Shown here in pieces: positions 31,818 to 33,683 of a DNA stretch of 33,683 nucleotides. Under the pieces are notes generated by a model, which had not been told where the DNA came from, did not search any database, and saw nothing but the letters and a program-made list of their open reading frames with translations. Source of the DNA: Actinomycetota bacterium. GTDB lineage: Bacteria; Actinomycetota; AC-67. The position numbers were made by a program, and so were the translations under genes. Within the stretch, counting starts at the first letter, position 1. The number at the start of each line of letters is the position of its first letter. The stretch spans positions 1-33,683 of the forward strand of contig DATLFO010000168.1 in the NCBI GenBank assembly GCA_035541035.1, given 5' to 3'.

Positions 31818-32465
31818 TTATCGCAGCGTCCGGGCAAGTCGCGGGCCACGCAGACGGAGCGGCGCGCACGCAGCCGCACCGCGCTGCTCGAGGCCGCAGC
31901 GCGCGGCCTGTCCCGCTACGGCTACGGGAACCTGGTCCTGGAAGAGGTCGCCCGCGAAGCCGGATACACGCGCGGCGCGCTCTACCACCAGTTCGCCGAC
32001 AAGGAGGACCTGGCGATGGCCGTGCTTCGCTGGGTGGACGAGACCTGGCGCGACGAGGTCGGCAAGCAAGTCGAAGGCGAAACCGATCCGCTGGCGATTC
32101 TGACCACGCTCGCACGCGGCCACGCGATCTTTTGTCGCCGCGACATCGCCCGTGTCGCGAACGCGCTGCGCATGGAGTTCAGTGGCCGCGACCATCCCGT
32201 CGGCCGCGAGGTCGAGCGCGTGTCGCAGACGCTGATCAAGCGCGTGATGAAGCTGATCGACGCAGGCCGCCGGCAAGGGTCGATCCCACCCGGTCCGCCG
32301 TCACGCGCCGTCGCGCACGCGTTGGTCGGCGCGCTGGAAGGCGCCGTGATCGAACTGGCCGGCCATGCGCCCCACGACGAGAAGCTTGCGGTGCGCGCCG
32401 CGCTCGGCGTGCTCGGCCTGAATCCGGCCGTCCACGAAACCGCCATGAAAGGACGGCCGCGATGA
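31806..32465 (+). CDS. TetR/AcrR-family transcriptional regulator (219 aa)
   Basis: ATG at 31806. The HTH region is RTALLEAAARGLSRYGYGNLVLEEVAREAGYTRGALYHQFADKEDL. The stop overlaps the next start (ATGA at 32462-32465). Confidence 0.9.
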   Translation: MTVRLSQRPGKSRATQTERRARSRTALLEAAARGLSRYGYGNLVLEEVAREAGYTRGALYHQFADKEDLAMAVLRWVDETWRDEVGKQVEGETDPLAILTTLARGHAIFCRRDIARVANALRMEFSGRDHPVGREVERVSQTLIKRVMKLIDAGRRQGSIPPGPPSRAVAHALVGALEGAVIELAGHAPHDEKLAVRAALGVLGLNPAVHETAMKGRPR

Positions 32466-33205
32466 GTGACCTTCGAACCGACCACGCGCTGTTCCGCCTG
32501 CGCGATGCGTTTCCGCGCGCGCGACGCGACGACACGCTGCCACCCGGTCAGCGCGCGATCTCGACGTTTCCGCGGTACGGCATCGCCAGACCTGACCCGC
32601 CCGTTCCCGCGCATCCGATGATCCAGATCATGGGCGCACAGGACGCGGTGCTGGAACTCGACGCGGACGCGCTGAATGGCTTCCCTCGCGTCCGCGTCGC
32701 CGCCGACTTTCATTGCGTCGCCGGATGGACCGCGCGCGACCTTCGCTGGGAAGGCGTGCGCTTTCGTGACGTCTACGACGCGCTGAGCGAGCGCGCGCCC
32801 GTCACGCACATCTTGGTGGTTGGGCGCGACGGCTGGCGCGCCACACTGCTGTTGGAAGACGCGCTGCGCGACGACGTGCTGATCGCGGATCGCCTGGACG
32901 GCGAGCCGCTGCCGCTGGACCACGGCGGCCCGTTCCGTCTGGTCAGCCCGGCACAGTACGGCTACAAGAACGTCAAGCATCTGGTCCGCATCGAACTGCA
33001 CACGAGCGAGCCAAACGACGTGGTCGGCGGATACTTCGACCGCTTGCTGTTCCGCACGCTGTTGGCCAAGCATCCGCGCGCACGGGTCGCACACGAAGAG
33101 CGGCACAGGTCCATGCCGAGCCTGACGACGCGGCGTATCTACACCAAGCTTCACCCGATTACGTACCTGCTCGGCTACATCGGCGCGCGCCGCAACCCGC
33201 GCTGA
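32462..33205 (+). CDS. Molybdopterin-dependent oxidoreductase (sulfite-oxidase/YedY-like Mo-binding domain, 247 aa)
   Basis: This is the last 247 codons of track ORF 31643..33205. ATG at 32462 is coupled to the TetR stop. Motifs FHCVAGWT and DHGGPFRLVSPAQYGYKNVKHLVRIEL fit the oxidoreductase molybdopterin-binding domain. Confidence 0.75.
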   Translation: MSDLRTDHALFRLRDAFPRARRDDTLPPGQRAISTFPRYGIARPDPPVPAHPMIQIMGAQDAVLELDADALNGFPRVRVAADFHCVAGWTARDLRWEGVRFRDVYDALSERAPVTHILVVGRDGWRATLLLEDALRDDVLIADRLDGEPLPLDHGGPFRLVSPAQYGYKNVKHLVRIELHTSEPNDVVGGYFDRLLFRTLLAKHPRARVAHEERHRSMPSLTTRRIYTKLHPITYLLGYIGARRNPR

Positions 33206-33219
33206 CATACGCTGCAGGC

Positions 33220-33683
33220 ATGAGCGAGATCATCCTGTTCCACCACGCACAAGGCCTGACCGATGGCGTACGCGCCTTCGCCGATGAGCTTCGCGCCGCC
33301 GGTCACACCGTGCACACACCCGACGTCTACGACGGCAAAACCTTCGACACGCTCGAAGACGGCATCGCCTACGCGAAGGAGATCGGCTTCGGCACCGCGC
33401 TCGAACGCGGGGTCGCCGCCGCCGAAGGCCTGTCCGCCGAAATGGTCTACGCCGGGTTCTCGCTGGGCGCGATGCCGGCGGTCAAACTGGCGATCACGCG
33501 GCCCGGCGTGAAAGGTGTCATCTTGATGCACTCGGTCGCGCCCCCGTCCGAGCCGCAGACATGGGTGGCGCAGGCGTACCTGATCACGTTCGGAACAGTC
33601 GGCGTCTTCGGCCTATATCTGTTCCTGTTGAGCCGGTGGACGGCAAGCGCGGTCTCCTACGAGTTCGTGCTCGCCCCGCTGGC
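33220..33683 (+). CDS. Dienelactone-hydrolase-family-like protein, partial (runs off the window); the 3' ~40 codons look like a membrane-transporter segment instead
   Basis: This ORF is not in the track because it has no stop in the window. I translated it by hand from ATG 33220: MSEIILFHHAQGLTDGVRAFADELRAAGHTVHTPDVYDGKTFDTLEDGIAYAKEIGFGTALERGVAAAEGLSAEMVYAGFSLGAMPAVKLAITRPGVKGVILMHSVAPPSEPQTWVAQAYLITFGTVGVFGLYLFLLSRWTASAVSYEFVLAPL. The first ~110 aa fit the short actinobacterial DLH family. The tail is hydrophobic. Confidence 0.6.
   Translation, partial: MSEIILFHHAQGLTDGVRAFADELRAAGHTVHTPDVYDGKTFDTLEDGIAYAKEIGFGTALERGVAAAEGLSAEMVYAGFSLGAMPAVKLAITRPGVKGVILMHSVAPPSEPQTWVAQAYLITFGTVGVFGLYLFLLSRWTASAVSYEFVLAPL

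Noticed and set aside
31643-32461. The N-terminal 273 codons of the 520-aa track ORF 31643..33205.
   Set aside because: This part overlaps the TetR gene and the oxidoreductase start in another frame, and it is Arg/Pro-rich nonsense. The real Mo-oxidoreductase gene starts at the ATG coupled to the TetR stop (32462).
33175-33531. A minus-strand 118-aa ORF opposite the DLH-like gene.
   Set aside because: It is antisense to an ORF with clear family resemblance, and it has no motifs.
1-33683. Scan for mobile elements, CRISPR arrays, tRNA/rRNA genes and phage or defence islands.
   Set aside because: I saw no transposase, integrase or recombinase-like translations, no regularly spaced direct repeats, and no tRNA-like or rRNA-like segments. 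The only repeats are intragenic (Ig-like domains, the KKTAA tail, the PE stalk) and the tandem lipase paralogs.

Overview
Visibly high-GC bacterial chromosomal DNA (GC judged by eye, not computed). It is densely coding, and I found no rRNA, tRNA, CRISPR array, transposase or integrase. An MmpL-type transporter, an LAxTG sorting signal and tethered or lipoprotein solute-binding proteins point to an Actinomycetota-like Gram-positive organism; I cannot assign the taxon further.

Bases ~2.4-27.3 kb form one co-directional minus-strand array of 17 genes, and 9 of its 16 junctions are 4-nt ATGA/GTGA stop-start overlaps. The array encodes:
- a secreted PHB-depolymerase-family esterase with Ig-like domains
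- two complete or partial Liv-type (HAAT-family) ABC importer sets, one with LivH-LivM-LivG fused in a single ORF and no LivF, the other with a LivF carrying a Lys/Ala-rich repeat tail
- two acyl-CoA synthetases
- two alpha/beta hydrolases
- three class-2-like secreted lipases: one sortase-anchored, one truncated tandem paralog, and one separate gene at 10182-11438
- a KASIII(FabH)-like enzyme whose Cys-His-Asn triad appears replaced by Ser-His-His
- two uncharacterised secreted proteins translationally coupled to a solute-binding protein

I read this array as a candidate extracellular ester/lipid hydrolysis, uptake and CoA-activation system with an unusual acyl-transfer module. That reading is inference.

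The left edge carries a partial MmpL gene and an AbiEi-N/DUF559 gene. The right 6 kb carries a TetR divergent from the esterase, small membrane, SRPBCC and ABM proteins, and a second TetR-controlled divergent redox cluster (FAD oxidoreductase, membrane protein, CC-motif protein, Mo-oxidoreductase). It ends in a partial dienelactone-hydrolase-like ORF whose 3' part abruptly looks like a membrane transporter. All long ORFs antisense to these genes look like high-GC artefacts.
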